Of a DNA stretch of 64,000 nucleotides, positions 17,543 to 27,447 are shown piece by piece. This DNA comes from Lachnospiraceae bacterium (GTDB lineage Bacteria; Bacillota; Clostridia; Lachnospirales; Lachnospiraceae). The first letter of the stretch is position 1, and each line of letters starts with the position of its first letter. The translations under genes and the position numbers were made by a program. The DNA lies in assembly GCA_017462755.1 (NCBI GenBank), contig JAFTQM010000014.1:2316-66315 (forward strand). Direction: 5' to 3'. The notes beneath the pieces are model-generated. The model did no database searches, was not told the origin of the DNA, and saw only the letters and a program-made list of their open reading frames with translations.

Positions 17543-18025
17543 CTATGCGACACAGTAATGCAGTGTGTGGTGCCAGCTAAAAATGAAAATACCGTCTTTT
17601 TTTAGATAAGAGGCAATTTTGTTGAACGTACCCTGCAAATCAGTTGTCCAGCCGATGCCATAGATGGAATACACATAGTCAAAATAATTTTTTGGGACAT
17701 TCAACTCAGCTTCCATGGGAGAGCAGATGAGGTTTGCGGTGTAGCCGGATTCGGAAAGATATGCGGCTGCATTGTCAAGCTGTTTCTGAGAAAGGTCAAC
17801 ACCCCACAGCTCTCCGGCACCATGGTCTGCATGATACTTTAGAGAATGTCCGCTGCCACAGCAGATTTCAAGCAGCTTTTTGCCGGCAACATCATCAAAC
17901 AGATGTAAATCATCTTCGGTAGGAAAGTAGACACCATAGGTCGGCAGTGCGGTAGTGCCAAACCAGTAATTGGCGTGGTCATTCCAATAGGATTGATTGG
18001 TGTGGATGATGTCATTTGGTTTCAA
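17543..18025 (-). CDS. Class I SAM-dependent methyltransferase, probably C-terminally truncated
   Basis: 160 aa. TTG start at 18025 with a strong AAGGGGGAA SD 5 nt upstream. SAM motif I LEICCGSGHS. The ORF ends soon after motif ...GIFIFSWHHTLHYCVA*, shorter than I expect for this fold. Confidence 0.55.
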   Translation of the reverse strand: MKPNDIIHTNQSYWNDHANYWFGTTALPTYGVYFPTEDDLHLFDDVAGKKLLEICCGSGHSLKYHADHGAGELWGVDLSQKQLDNAAAYLSESGYTANLICSPMEAELNVPKNYFDYVYSIYGIGWTTDLQGTFNKIASYLKKDGIFIFSWHHTLHYCVA

Positions 18026-18037
18026 AAATATTCCCCC

Positions 18038-18406
18038 TTACCATATAAACAACAATACAATTGCAGCGATCATCAGCAGAATGCCACTGACGCGTCCGGC
18101 ATTGATTGCGGCATCATAGTCATCACTTTGACCGCCATATCCGGTGGTCATGCCGCCACTTGTTTGAGAATGCCACCAATAGGTTGAGCCATTCGGATAG
18201 GTTATCTTTATATTGCAGTCAGAGGAGTTACCGTCCAATTCGTAGAGGTAGATATTTTCTCCGTCCGAAATGCTGTGATTAACCGGGTCTACGGTAAAAC
18301 TGTTTTCTCCCTTAAGTATCGTGTAGGGCTCGGAGGAGCCCGAAGTACATGCAGTCAGGGAGAGAATAAGCAGGAGTGCAGTGAGAAATTTATGTAGGGC
18401 TTTCAT
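18038..18406 (-). CDS. Small lipoprotein with a C-terminal TM anchor (function unknown)
   Basis: 122 aa with GGAGG SD. Signal peptide with lipobox LSLTAC. C-terminal hydrophobic segment GILLMIAAIVLLFIW. Confidence 0.6.
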   Translation of the reverse strand: MKALHKFLTALLLILSLTACTSGSSEPYTILKGENSFTVDPVNHSISDGENIYLYELDGNSSDCNIKITYPNGSTYWWHSQTSGGMTTGYGGQSDDYDAAINAGRVSGILLMIAAIVLLFIW

Positions 18407-18426
18407 TGGGAAGACCTCCGTTAAGA

Positions 18427-18798
18427 TTATTGTTTTGCTTTTAGGGTTGCCAATTCTGTTTGAAGTTTAGCAATTAAAGCATCTTTGTCTGCAAGTTCCT
18501 TTTGGTGTTGTTGATTTTTGAAATTCTCCCAAAAGTAGTAGTATTCACGAGCCTGACATTGTTGCCGGATTTTTTCGTCCTCTGTTAATTGACGAACAGC
18601 GGAAACGGTTTCTTGTAGATATTCATTGTTCTGAGCCAAGTGGTCAACCTCCTCCCAAGTGGTGGCCTTAAATACACGCGCCCAAAGGTCGATTCCATAT
18701 TTGATATCTTCTTCGGAAGCAAGTTCAATTTGGTTTAAGTCTACCACAGAGATACGGAGCTTGTCACTAAAAATGTATTGTCCCACAAAAAAGAGCAT
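18427..18798 (-). pseudogene. 5'-truncated Rpn-family (PD-(D/E)XK nuclease / transposase_31-like) gene fragment
   Basis: The 123-aa ORF aligns by eye with the C-terminal third of the full-length paralogue at 58412..59386 (SDKLRISVVDLNQIELASEED.../SDKFVLSVINLNQTKLATEED...; WEEVDHLAQNNEYLQE/WEEIKMLAQNNEYIQE; IRQQCQARE/IRQQCEARE). The nuclease N-terminus is absent. The first codons overlap the yitT terminator. Confidence 0.65.
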
Positions 18799-18828
18799 AT
18801 CAGCACCGCGTGTCTGATATGCTCTTTT
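18783..18828 (-). terminator. Rho-independent terminator of the YitT-family gene
   Basis: 15-bp perfect stem AAAAGAGCATATCAG / CTGATATGCTCTTTT with a 10-nt loop. On the minus strand it is followed by TTTTTTGTGGG. Confidence 0.75.
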
Positions 18829-18831
18829 AAC

Positions 18832-19722
18832 TTACAGCTTCTTCACATAGTTTCCGTCAATATTCATGACCTTATTGTAGATAATGAATGCCTGCGGGTC
18901 CAGGCCGGTCACAATGCGGCGCAGCAGGTTGATTTCGTATTTGGAAATCGCGGTCACGAGGATATGAGTTCCCTCGTGGGTATATGCACCCTCGCCTTCC
19001 CATTCCGTCACACCGCGTGTCAGTTCCTGCATAATCGGTTCGGCGATATTGTCCTTTTTGGTAAAAATCATAACCTGCACCATGATATTCTGGGCATGGA
19101 CACGGTCTACCGTCAGGGAGGAAATGGCAGCGTAAATAATGGAGTAGATAGCAATTTCCAGATTGGATATCAATGCACAGGCGAGATAAATAAAGGCATT
19201 GAGAACTACAGTTACCTTACCGACACTAAAGTTACGGTAGCGCTTGCTCAGATACATACCGAGAATATCGATACCGCCGCCGGAGCCACCGGCATAGAGG
19301 CAAAGCCCGACACCGGAGCCGTACATCAGACCGCCGATGATACAGGAGGTCAGAGTATCCTCGATAATCAGAGGATTCGGAACCGGAATAATGGTAATGA
19401 TAAAGGTGGTCAACAGTACCGAAAGTACGGTTTTAAAAAAGAACAGACGGCTGACTCCTTTGTATGCCAAAAAGAGCAGTGGGATATTGATGAAAAAGTA
19501 AACAATACCTGCCACATCCATGCTATCAGGAAACGGAATCTTTAAAAAGTCAACCATCAAAGTACGCAGAAGCTGGGCAATACCGAGCGCACCGCCGTTG
19601 TACAGATTCAAAGGGGTAATAAACAGATTGATACCGCCGGAAAATAAAATAGTACCAAAAGCAACCAGCAGAAAACGCCATGCTTCGTCAAATATTTTTT
19701 TCTTGTTCATAATGGTCTCCAT
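18832..19722 (-). CDS. YitT family membrane protein (DUF2179 C-terminal domain)
   Basis: 296 aa, multi-TM, with ...LYNGGALGIAQL... and a soluble C-terminal domain. ATG 19710 (MNKKK...) is an alternative start that also has an SD. Confidence 0.75.
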   Translation of the reverse strand: METIMNKKKIFDEAWRFLLVAFGTILFSGGINLFITPLNLYNGGALGIAQLLRTLMVDFLKIPFPDSMDVAGIVYFFINIPLLFLAYKGVSRLFFFKTVLSVLLTTFIITIIPVPNPLIIEDTLTSCIIGGLMYGSGVGLCLYAGGSGGGIDILGMYLSKRYRNFSVGKVTVVLNAFIYLACALISNLEIAIYSIIYAAISSLTVDRVHAQNIMVQVMIFTKKDNIAEPIMQELTRGVTEWEGEGAYTHEGTHILVTAISKYEINLLRRIVTGLDPQAFIIYNKVMNIDGNYVKKL

Positions 19723-19824
19723 ATCTTCCTCGCGCGCTAAGGGTGGCGAAGAAATTCGAATTTGATTGAACGCAACGTTTGGTTTGTATATGATTCTAAA
19801 ATAATCTGTGTTTCCTTAAGAATA

Positions 19825-20955
19825 TCACAGGAACAGACTTTGTACAATATATAGTATAATCAAAAAGCCGAAATTCAAGGCAGAGAAAAGAAAAATATAT
19901 TTTTTGGTTTTGCCCGGATTGTGCTTTTTATATTCGGTAAAGGTAATCAGGCTGGCAAGGGAAGCAATCAGAGTACCGCAGCCGCCGATATTGACTGCCG
20001 GAAGCAGGCTGTGATAATCGGTCGTAAAATGCGACAACAGTACCGCGCTTGGGACATTGCTGATTAGCTGGCAGGAAAGAATGCCGAACAGCAGTGTATT
20101 TTTCGGTAAAATCTGCGTAAACAGCTCGCTGACCTCCGGGATGCGTGCCATATTGCCGCTGAATACGAAGAAGGCGCAAAAGGTTAGTAACAGCGGATAA
20201 TTGACCTCACGCAAGGATTTGCGGTCAAGAACCAGCAGTATGAGAGAAATCACAATCGTACCGCCGATGTACGGAACCACGCGGAATACAATCAGGATGC
20301 TGGCAACAAAAAGCACGGAGTAGATGATGGTGCGCTTGCGGTCAAGCTCGTAATCCTGCTTGTGCTTTAAAATCAGCGGCGTAGTCTTGACCGTAAGACA
20401 GACCACGAGAATTAATACGGTAGCTGCCAAAAACGATGGCAGCATAATCTTTACGAATTCGCCGTTGCTGATATTGTAATGTGCATACAGATACAGGTTT
20501 TGCGGATTGCCGAACGGGGTCAGCATACCGCCGAGATTGGCTGCAATATTCTGCATGATAAACACGAATGCCATGGATTTGGTGTGACCGGTGCGGCTTA
20601 AGACATAATAACCTAGCGGCAGAAAGGTCAGCAGCGCCATATCATTTGCGAGCAGCATCGAACCGCAGAAGGTAATGAAAACCAGACCGATGGTCGCGTT
20701 ACGCAGATTATGTAGCTTAATCACGATATTTTTGCTGATGATTTCAAATACATGAATGTGAGCAAAGGCATTGACTACGGCGAGGGTACAAAAGAGTGTT
20801 GCCAAGGTACGCCAGTTAAAATAGTTTAAGTATTCCTTGTCCACCGGCACAAAAATGCAGGTAATGAGCATAGCGATAATAGCAATGGTCAGGACCATTT
20901 GCTTTTTGAAAAAAGAGAGTATTGCGTAGAGTTTTTTTGGGGCGTTCTCTTTCAT
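19825..20955 (-). CDS. ArsB/NhaD-superfamily (citrate-transporter-like, YbiR-type) anion permease
   Basis: ORF-track 19825..21069. Start moved to ATG 20955 (MKENAPKKLY...) behind GGAGGAAC. Polytopic membrane protein with ...GGMLTPFGNPQNLYLY... Confidence 0.6.
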   Translation of the reverse strand: MKENAPKKLYAILSFFKKQMVLTIAIIAMLITCIFVPVDKEYLNYFNWRTLATLFCTLAVVNAFAHIHVFEIISKNIVIKLHNLRNATIGLVFITFCGSMLLANDMALLTFLPLGYYVLSRTGHTKSMAFVFIMQNIAANLGGMLTPFGNPQNLYLYAHYNISNGEFVKIMLPSFLAATVLILVVCLTVKTTPLILKHKQDYELDRKRTIIYSVLFVASILIVFRVVPYIGGTIVISLILLVLDRKSLREVNYPLLLTFCAFFVFSGNMARIPEVSELFTQILPKNTLLFGILSCQLISNVPSAVLLSHFTTDYHSLLPAVNIGGCGTLIASLASLITFTEYKKHNPGKTKKYIFLFSALNFGFLIILYIVQSLFL

Positions 20956-21145
20956 AGTTCCTCCACTGGAAGCAATGCTGTAATAGGAGCAGCTTCGAAT
21001 CTTGATAGATATTATTTGGCAATTTGGCACAAACACCTGCATTATAGCACCGCGCCTTTGGAAAGACAAGAAGATTTCTGCACAATTTCATAAGTATTTT
21101 TGTCGTTATTTTTAGAAAGCATTCGTCACTTCGCAGGAAAATCGG

Positions 21146-21175
21146 TTTACAGAGGAAGTCGCAATATGCTATAAT
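21146..21175 (+). promoter_or_regulatory. Sigma-A-type promoter (extended -10) for the SDR gene
   Basis: -35 TTTACA (21146-21151), 18-nt spacer, TGcTATAAT (21167-21175). Confidence 0.45.
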
Positions 21176-21230
21176 CGGTGGAGAATCGGAACCAATGGAA
21201 GGATACGCGCAGAAAGGGGCGTGACGACAT

Positions 21231-22007
21231 ATGAATTCAAAAACCTATGCTCTGATTACCGGGGCGAGCTCCGGCATCGGAGCGGAATTTGCCAGACGGC
21301 TGGCAGCAAGGGGCTATGCGCTGATTTTGGTGGCGCGCAGGGAAAAGCGCCTGCGACAGCTGGCGGCGCATGTCAAAACAGAATGTGAGATTATCACCGC
21401 AGACCTGACCCGGACGGAGGAATGCTACCGGGTATGGGAGCAGATAAAGGATAAGAGAATTGAGGTATTTATCAACAATGCCGGGTTTGGGGATTGCAGC
21501 GAATTTTTGAACAGCGATGAGAAAAAAGAGCTGGACATGATTCGGCTGAATGTAGAAGCGATGCACCTGCTGATGAAGCTGGTACTCCGGCAGATGCAGC
21601 AGCGGGATTATGGCTATATTCTGAATGTAGCATCCTCGGCAGGTCTGCTTCCGGCAGGACCGTATATGGCAACCTATTATGCAACCAAGGCATATGTGAC
21701 AAGCCTGACACGCGCGGTGGCAGAGGAGCTGCGGGAAATGGGCAGCAAGGTATATGTCGGCTGTCTGTGTCCGGGACCGGTGGATACCGAGTTCAATCGG
21801 GTGGCAAATGTAGAGTTTGCTCTAAAGGGCATCCGACCGGGAGAATGCGCGAGCTACGCATTAAAACAGATGGCAAAGCGGCAGGTGGTAATCGTACCGA
21901 CTGCCACGCTCAAGGCACTGACCGTCTTTGAACGATTCGTACCACGCAAGCTGCTGGTACATCTAATAGGAAAACAGCAGAGAACGAAGCTATACGGTAA
22001 CAAATAA
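21231..22007 (+). CDS. SDR family oxidoreductase
   Basis: 258 aa. Cofactor motif TGASSGIG, NNAG, catalytic YxxxK (YYATKAY). Confidence 0.85.
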   Translation: MNSKTYALITGASSGIGAEFARRLAARGYALILVARREKRLRQLAAHVKTECEIITADLTRTEECYRVWEQIKDKRIEVFINNAGFGDCSEFLNSDEKKELDMIRLNVEAMHLLMKLVLRQMQQRDYGYILNVASSAGLLPAGPYMATYYATKAYVTSLTRAVAEELREMGSKVYVGCLCPGPVDTEFNRVANVEFALKGIRPGECASYALKQMAKRQVVIVPTATLKALTVFERFVPRKLLVHLIGKQQRTKLYGNK

Positions 22008-22092
22008 TTTAGGTATTTGCGAAACATGTGAGAAGTTGTGCAAAAGCCCTAGGCAAATATCTAAAAATGGTAGAAGAAGAGTGAGGAACAAA

Positions 22093-22662
22093 ATGAAATT
22101 AATAGTAGGCTTGGGCAATCCGACCAGAGAATATCAGGCAACCAGACACAATATCGGCTTTGATGCGATTACGCGCATGTGTGATGATTATCGGATTCGT
22201 CTGGATTCGAAGGAGCATAAGGCAATCTGCGGCAAGGGATACATTGGTGGCGAGAAGGTGCTGTTAGTACAGCCGCAGACCTTTATGAATCTGAGTGGCG
22301 AGAGTGTCCGGGCGCTTGTGGATTATTATAAAATTGACGTAGAAGATATTATCATTATTTATGACGACATCAGTCTGGATGTCGGACAGCTGCGCGTGCG
22401 CCCGAAGGGCAGCGCCGGTGGACACAACGGAATCAAGAGTATTATTGCGCATTTGGGCACGCAGGAATTTGCCCGCATCCGGGTCGGAGTTGGTGATAAG
22501 CCGAAGGACTGGGATTTGGCGGACTATGTGCTGGGACGCTTCCCGAAGGAAGAAGAGCCGCTCATCCGCGAAGCATTGGAGAAGGTGTCCAAGGCTTGTG
22601 AGTGCATCATTACGGATGGCATCGAAGCCGCCATGAACGAATATAATCGCAAGAAAGAGTGA
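22093..22662 (+). CDS. pth: Aminoacyl-tRNA (peptidyl-tRNA) hydrolase
   Basis: ORF-track 22036..22662. Start moved to ATG 22093 (MKLIVGLGNP...) behind GAGGAA. Conserved ...TRHNIGF... and ...GHNGIKSI... Confidence 0.9.
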   Translation: MKLIVGLGNPTREYQATRHNIGFDAITRMCDDYRIRLDSKEHKAICGKGYIGGEKVLLVQPQTFMNLSGESVRALVDYYKIDVEDIIIIYDDISLDVGQLRVRPKGSAGGHNGIKSIIAHLGTQEFARIRVGVGDKPKDWDLADYVLGRFPKEEEPLIREALEKVSKACECIITDGIEAAMNEYNRKKE

Positions 22663-22704
22663 TTGGGAATGCTTAGATTCTAAATGAAACGGCAGGAGGA
22701 GAGC

Positions 22705-25700
22705 ATGCAGACCTTTTATCAGCCGTTATACGGCTATGAGGAATTTAAGGAATTGCAGTCCGCAATTCAAAAAAAGAAATTGCCGGTGCAGGTGAACGGC
22801 TGTATTGACTCGCAGAAGTGTCATCTGGTATTTGCGGCATCGCAGGAAAGAAAAAAGCGCCTGATTATCACATATAACGATATCAAGGCAAAAGAAATCT
22901 ATGAGGATTGTCGCCTGTATGACAGAGAGGTATATCTGTATCCGGCGAAGGATATTATTTTCTTTTCGGCAGATATTCACGGAAATGCAATCGTACGGGA
23001 GCGCTTGCGGATTTTGCGTAAGCTGCTGGAGGACCAGCCGGTAACGGTGATTGCGACGGTGGATGCCGGGATGGATAAGGTTTTGCCAATCGAATATCTG
23101 AGCAGTCAGTGCATTTCGATTGAGGCAGGACAAACGCTAAATTTAGAGGAGCTGCAAAAGCAACTGGTAAATCTGGGTTACGAACGTCAGGGACAGGTGG
23201 AGTCTGCTGGCGAATTTGCTGTGCGTGGCGGTATTTTGGATGTATTTCCGTTGACGGAGGAGGTACCGGTGCGTATCGAGCTTTGGGGTGATGAGGTCGA
23301 TTCGATTCGCTCCTTTGATGCGCAGAGTCAGCGTTCGATAGAGAATTTGGACGAAATCAAGCTGTATCCCGCAGCGGAATTTGTATTGGATGAAGAGACC
23401 AAGATGCGAGGTCTGGCAAAGATAGAGCAGGAATTGGAGGAGTATGCCGGAGCACTGCGCGCGGAGCGTAAGACCGAGGAAGCTGCGCGTATTCGCAAGG
23501 CAATTGCAGAGTTCAAAGAAAATCTGGAATATTGTCAGGGCAGCGTAGGACTCGATAGCTTTGTGAATTTCTTTTTTGATAAGACAGTATCCTTTTTTGA
23601 CTATTTTCAGGATGACGAATCGATTATTTTTTTGGATGAACCGGCGCGTATCCTTGAGAAGGGCGAGGTCGTAGCAACGGAGTTTTCGGAGAGTATGGTC
23701 AGTCGTATCGAAAAGGGCTATATTTTGCCGGGACAGATGGATGTGGTCTGGGATTATCAGACGATATTGAGCGGCAACGGTATGACCAATACGGTGCTGT
23801 TGTCCATGATGGAGCAGCGGCTGGAAAAACTTCCGGTCAAGAAAAAGTACAATCTGACGGTCAAATCCGTCAATCCTTATAACAAGAATTTTGATATTTT
23901 GGTAAAGGATTTGAAGGCGTGGAAAAAAAGCGGCTATCGGGTAATTTTGTTATCCGGTTCCAAAACGCGTGCGGAGCGTCTGGCAGAGGATTTGCGCGAG
24001 TATGAGCTGACGGCGTTTTTCAGTGAGGACCGCAATCGTCTGGTACAAAACGGTGAGATTCTGGTGACAAACGGCAATGTGCATAAGGGCTTTGAGTATC
24101 CGCTGGTAAAGTTCGTAATCATTTCAGAAAGCGATATTTTTGGTGCGGCAAAGAAGCCGAAGCGCAAGGTAAAGGCCTATGAGGGAAGCAAGATTTCGAG
24201 CTTCAATGATTTGTCGATTGGCGATTATGTCGTGCATGAAAATCATGGTTTGGGAATTTACCGGGGTATCGAAAAGATTACGGTGGATAAAATAACCAAG
24301 GATTATATCAAAATTGAGTATGCCGGGGGCGGAGTGCTGTATATTCTTGCAACCGGTCTGGATGTGTTGCAAAAATATGCCGGGGCGGATGCGAAGAAGC
24401 CGAAGCTCAACAAGCTGAATTCGACCGAATGGAAGGCAACCAAGGCAAGGGTACGCGGTGCCGTAAAGAATATTGCAGGAGAGCTGGTAAATCTGTATGC
24501 GCTGCGTCAATCGAAAAAAGGGTATGCGTTTTCGGAGGATGACACCTGGCAGAGAGAGTTTGAGGAATTGTTCCCTTACGAGGAGACAGACGACCAGCTG
24601 CGCGCGATTGAGGATACGAAGCGCGATATGGAAAGCACGAGGATTATGGATCGTCTGGTCTGCGGTGATGTCGGCTACGGTAAGACGGAGATTGCGATTC
24701 GTGCGGCATTCAAGGCGGTGCTGGATAAAAAGCAGGTGGTATTCCTGGTGCCGACGACGATTCTGGCACAGCAGCATTACAATACCTTTGTACAGAGAAT
24801 GAAGGATTTTGCGGTTAATATCGAGATGCTGTCACGCTTTCGGACACCGGCGGACCAGAAGCGGGTGCTTGCCGGGGTACAAAAGGGCGAGGTAGATATT
24901 CTGATTGGTACGCATCGGGTATTGTCAAAGGATATCAAATACAAGGATTTGGGACTGCTGATGATTGACGAGGAGCAGCGGTTTGGTGTGGCACATAAGG
25001 AAAAAATCAAGCAGATGAAGGGGGATGTCGATGTACTTACCCTGACAGCGACACCGATTCCGCGTACCTTACACATGAGTCTGGTGGGGATCCGTGATAT
25101 GAGCGTATTGGAGGAGCCGCCGGTAGACCGTCTGCCGATTCAGACCTTTGTATTGGAGCATAACGACGAGATTATCCGGGAGGCAATTCATCGTGAGCTG
25201 GCACGCAACGGACAGGTATACTATGTTTACAACCGGGTCAATGGCATCGATGAGGTTGCGCTGGCAGTGCAGCGGTTAGTGCCGGAGGCAAATGTAGCGT
25301 TTGCACATGGACAGATGAGCGAGCGCCAGCTGGAAAAAATCATGTTTGAATTTATCAACGGAGAGATTGATGTACTGATTTCGACGACGATTATTGAGAC
25401 CGGTCTGGATATTTCCAATGTAAATACGATTCTGATTGACGATGCGGATCGTTTGGGACTGTCCCAGCTGTATCAGCTGCGAGGCAGAGTCGGTCGTTCA
25501 AACCGCACCTCGTATGCATTCCTGATGTATAAGCGGGATAAGATGCTAAAGGAGGTCGCAGAGAAGCGTCTGCAGGCAATCAAGGAATTTACGGAGCTTG
25601 GCTCCGGCTTTAAGATTGCGATGCGTGACCTTGAAATTCGTGGTGCAGGTAATCTGCTTGGCGCGGAGCAGAGCGGACATATGGAAGCGGTCGGCTATGA

Positions 25701-26259
25701 TTTGTATTGCAAGATGCTCAATGAAGCGGTCAAGACGTTGAAGGACGGCACACCGGAGGAGGAAGATTTTGAAACAACGGTGGATTTTGCCATCGATGCG
25801 TATATTCCGGCGACGTATATCAAAAACGAAATGCAGAAGCTGGATATGTATAAGCGCGTAGCCGGAATTGCAAATGAGGAGGAGTTTGAGGATTTGCAGG
25901 AGGAGTTAGAGGATCGTTTTGGCGAGCTTCCGAAGCCGGTGAATCATCTGCTCTATATTGCGCTGATTAAGGCAAAGGCACATGAGTGTTATTTGACGAG
26001 CATGGTACAGCAGGGGGAAAACATCAAGCTGGTGCCGCATATCAAGGCAAAGTATTATATGGAGCGTTTGCAGGAGCTTATTAATCTGCGTGCGCCGAAT
26101 CTGCAGTTTGTCAATGGTACGGCTCCGTATTTTCTCTATCGCATGCCGAAGGAGCAGCGCAATGCCCCGAAGCTGGCGCCGGGGAAGGTACGTTTGTTTG
26201 AGGAAATCAAAAAGCTGCTGGAGGATTTTCGGATTCTGTGTGAGAAAGCAGAGAATTGA
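22705..26259 (+). CDS. mfd: Transcription-repair coupling factor
   Basis: ORF-track 22684..26259. ATG 22705 follows AGGAGGAG. CarD/TRCF RNAP-interacting region (...GDYVVHENHGLGIY...), helicase motifs GDVGYGKTE and DEEQRFG, TRG region, and the pth-mfd synteny typical of Firmicutes. Confidence 0.95.
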   Translation: MQTFYQPLYGYEEFKELQSAIQKKKLPVQVNGCIDSQKCHLVFAASQERKKRLIITYNDIKAKEIYEDCRLYDREVYLYPAKDIIFFSADIHGNAIVRERLRILRKLLEDQPVTVIATVDAGMDKVLPIEYLSSQCISIEAGQTLNLEELQKQLVNLGYERQGQVESAGEFAVRGGILDVFPLTEEVPVRIELWGDEVDSIRSFDAQSQRSIENLDEIKLYPAAEFVLDEETKMRGLAKIEQELEEYAGALRAERKTEEAARIRKAIAEFKENLEYCQGSVGLDSFVNFFFDKTVSFFDYFQDDESIIFLDEPARILEKGEVVATEFSESMVSRIEKGYILPGQMDVVWDYQTILSGNGMTNTVLLSMMEQRLEKLPVKKKYNLTVKSVNPYNKNFDILVKDLKAWKKSGYRVILLSGSKTRAERLAEDLREYELTAFFSEDRNRLVQNGEILVTNGNVHKGFEYPLVKFVIISESDIFGAAKKPKRKVKAYEGSKISSFNDLSIGDYVVHENHGLGIYRGIEKITVDKITKDYIKIEYAGGGVLYILATGLDVLQKYAGADAKKPKLNKLNSTEWKATKARVRGAVKNIAGELVNLYALRQSKKGYAFSEDDTWQREFEELFPYEETDDQLRAIEDTKRDMESTRIMDRLVCGDVGYGKTEIAIRAAFKAVLDKKQVVFLVPTTILAQQHYNTFVQRMKDFAVNIEMLSRFRTPADQKRVLAGVQKGEVDILIGTHRVLSKDIKYKDLGLLMIDEEQRFGVAHKEKIKQMKGDVDVLTLTATPIPRTLHMSLVGIRDMSVLEEPPVDRLPIQTFVLEHNDEIIREAIHRELARNGQVYYVYNRVNGIDEVALAVQRLVPEANVAFAHGQMSERQLEKIMFEFINGEIDVLISTTIIETGLDISNVNTILIDDADRLGLSQLYQLRGRVGRSNRTSYAFLMYKRDKMLKEVAEKRLQAIKEFTELGSGFKIAMRDLEIRGAGNLLGAEQSGHMEAVGYDLYCKMLNEAVKTLKDGTPEEEDFETTVDFAIDAYIPATYIKNEMQKLDMYKRVAGIANEEEFEDLQEELEDRFGELPKPVNHLLYIALIKAKAHECYLTSMVQQGENIKLVPHIKAKYYMERLQELINLRAPNLQFVNGTAPYFLYRMPKEQRNAPKLAPGKVRLFEEIKKLLEDFRILCEKAEN

Positions 26260-26290
26260 TGTGTATAAAAAGAACGGAAAGGAGTGAAGG

Positions 26291-27361
26291 ATGATGTGGA
26301 AGGGATGGAGAAAAGGGGTAGCATCAGCGAGTGTGATGCTGCTTTTGTGCGGTTGCGGTATGCCGGGAACAGAGCAGACGACTGTCCCGTCCGCTACGCC
26401 TTATCCGACCGGAGTCAGCAGTGAGAAGCTGAGTCAGATGACGCGTGAGGAGCGCTTTGCGCAGACGGTTATGAGAGTCGGCGGGCTGGAGGTTTCATAT
26501 GGTGAGGTGGTGCTGTATATGCAGTCCACCAAGGAAGAGGTAGAAACGCTCTATGGAAATGAGGTATGGAACTATGCTTTGGATAAGGATGGAACCACCT
26601 ATGCTAAGAAGCTGAAGGATGAGCTGTTAGAGCAGATTATTTATACCAAGGTAGTTTGTGCGCAGGCGGAGCGTCTGGGGATTTCGTTGAGTGAGGATGA
26701 ATTGCTGGATGTGGACGAATATACGGCGGTATATCTGGATAATTTTACGCAGAGCGAGCTGGATTATTACGGAATTACCAAGGCGCAGGTCGAGGCGATT
26801 TATCGGGACAATCTGTTGGCTACCAAGATTTATGAGAGTCTGACGCTGAATGTGGATACGGATGTGACGGATGAGGAAGCGCGACAGGCGGTATTGTATT
26901 CTATGTTTTTGGCAAAATATCGCATAGAGGAGGACGGAACGCGGACGACCTTGCGTGAGGAAGAGCTGCAGCTACTCAGGGAGCGTGCAGAGCAGCTGGC
27001 GGCAGAAGCAGAGCAGACGGAGGATTTTTACACCTTTGCGAAGGAGCATACAGAAAGCACAGAGAGCGTTGAGATGACGGTAGGGCGAGGTGAACTGCAC
27101 GAGCCCTTGGAAAAGGTAGCGTTTGCATTGCAGGAGGGAGAACTGGGTGGTTTGGTGGAAACCGAGGAGGGCTATTTCCTACTGTATTGTAAGACCTATC
27201 AGGAGGAGGATGCGACCGAACAGAAAAAGATAGATATTATTCTGGAACGGCAGGAAAAAGCATTTTCTGAAAATTATGCAATCTGGGAGGCGGAAACCGA
27301 GGTCTGGGTGGACCGGCTGCTTTGGGATTCGATTGATTTGACCGGAGAGAAATGTGAGTAA
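26291..27361 (+). CDS. PrsA/SurA-like peptidylprolyl isomerase lipoprotein
   Basis: 356 aa with AAAGGAG SD. Lipobox LLLCGC. C-terminal parvulin-like segment ...LEKVAFALQEGELGGLVETEEGYFLLYCK... Confidence 0.65.
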   Translation: MMWKGWRKGVASASVMLLLCGCGMPGTEQTTVPSATPYPTGVSSEKLSQMTREERFAQTVMRVGGLEVSYGEVVLYMQSTKEEVETLYGNEVWNYALDKDGTTYAKKLKDELLEQIIYTKVVCAQAERLGISLSEDELLDVDEYTAVYLDNFTQSELDYYGITKAQVEAIYRDNLLATKIYESLTLNVDTDVTDEEARQAVLYSMFLAKYRIEEDGTRTTLREEELQLLRERAEQLAAEAEQTEDFYTFAKEHTESTESVEMTVGRGELHEPLEKVAFALQEGELGGLVETEEGYFLLYCKTYQEEDATEQKKIDIILERQEKAFSENYAIWEAETEVWVDRLLWDSIDLTGEKCE

Positions 27362-27447
27362 AAAGCGGGCGCGTCGTGGCACTCGGACAAGAAAAAATGC
27401 ATATAATTCCATAGAATGATTGAATTGCAGATTGGATAGGAGCATCT

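Noticed and set aside
27362-27447. Zur/Fur-type operator upstream of the ZIP transporter gene.
   Set aside because: I could not find an inverted repeat resembling the Firmicutes Zur box (TAAATCGTAATNATTACGATTTA) in the 86-nt upstream region.
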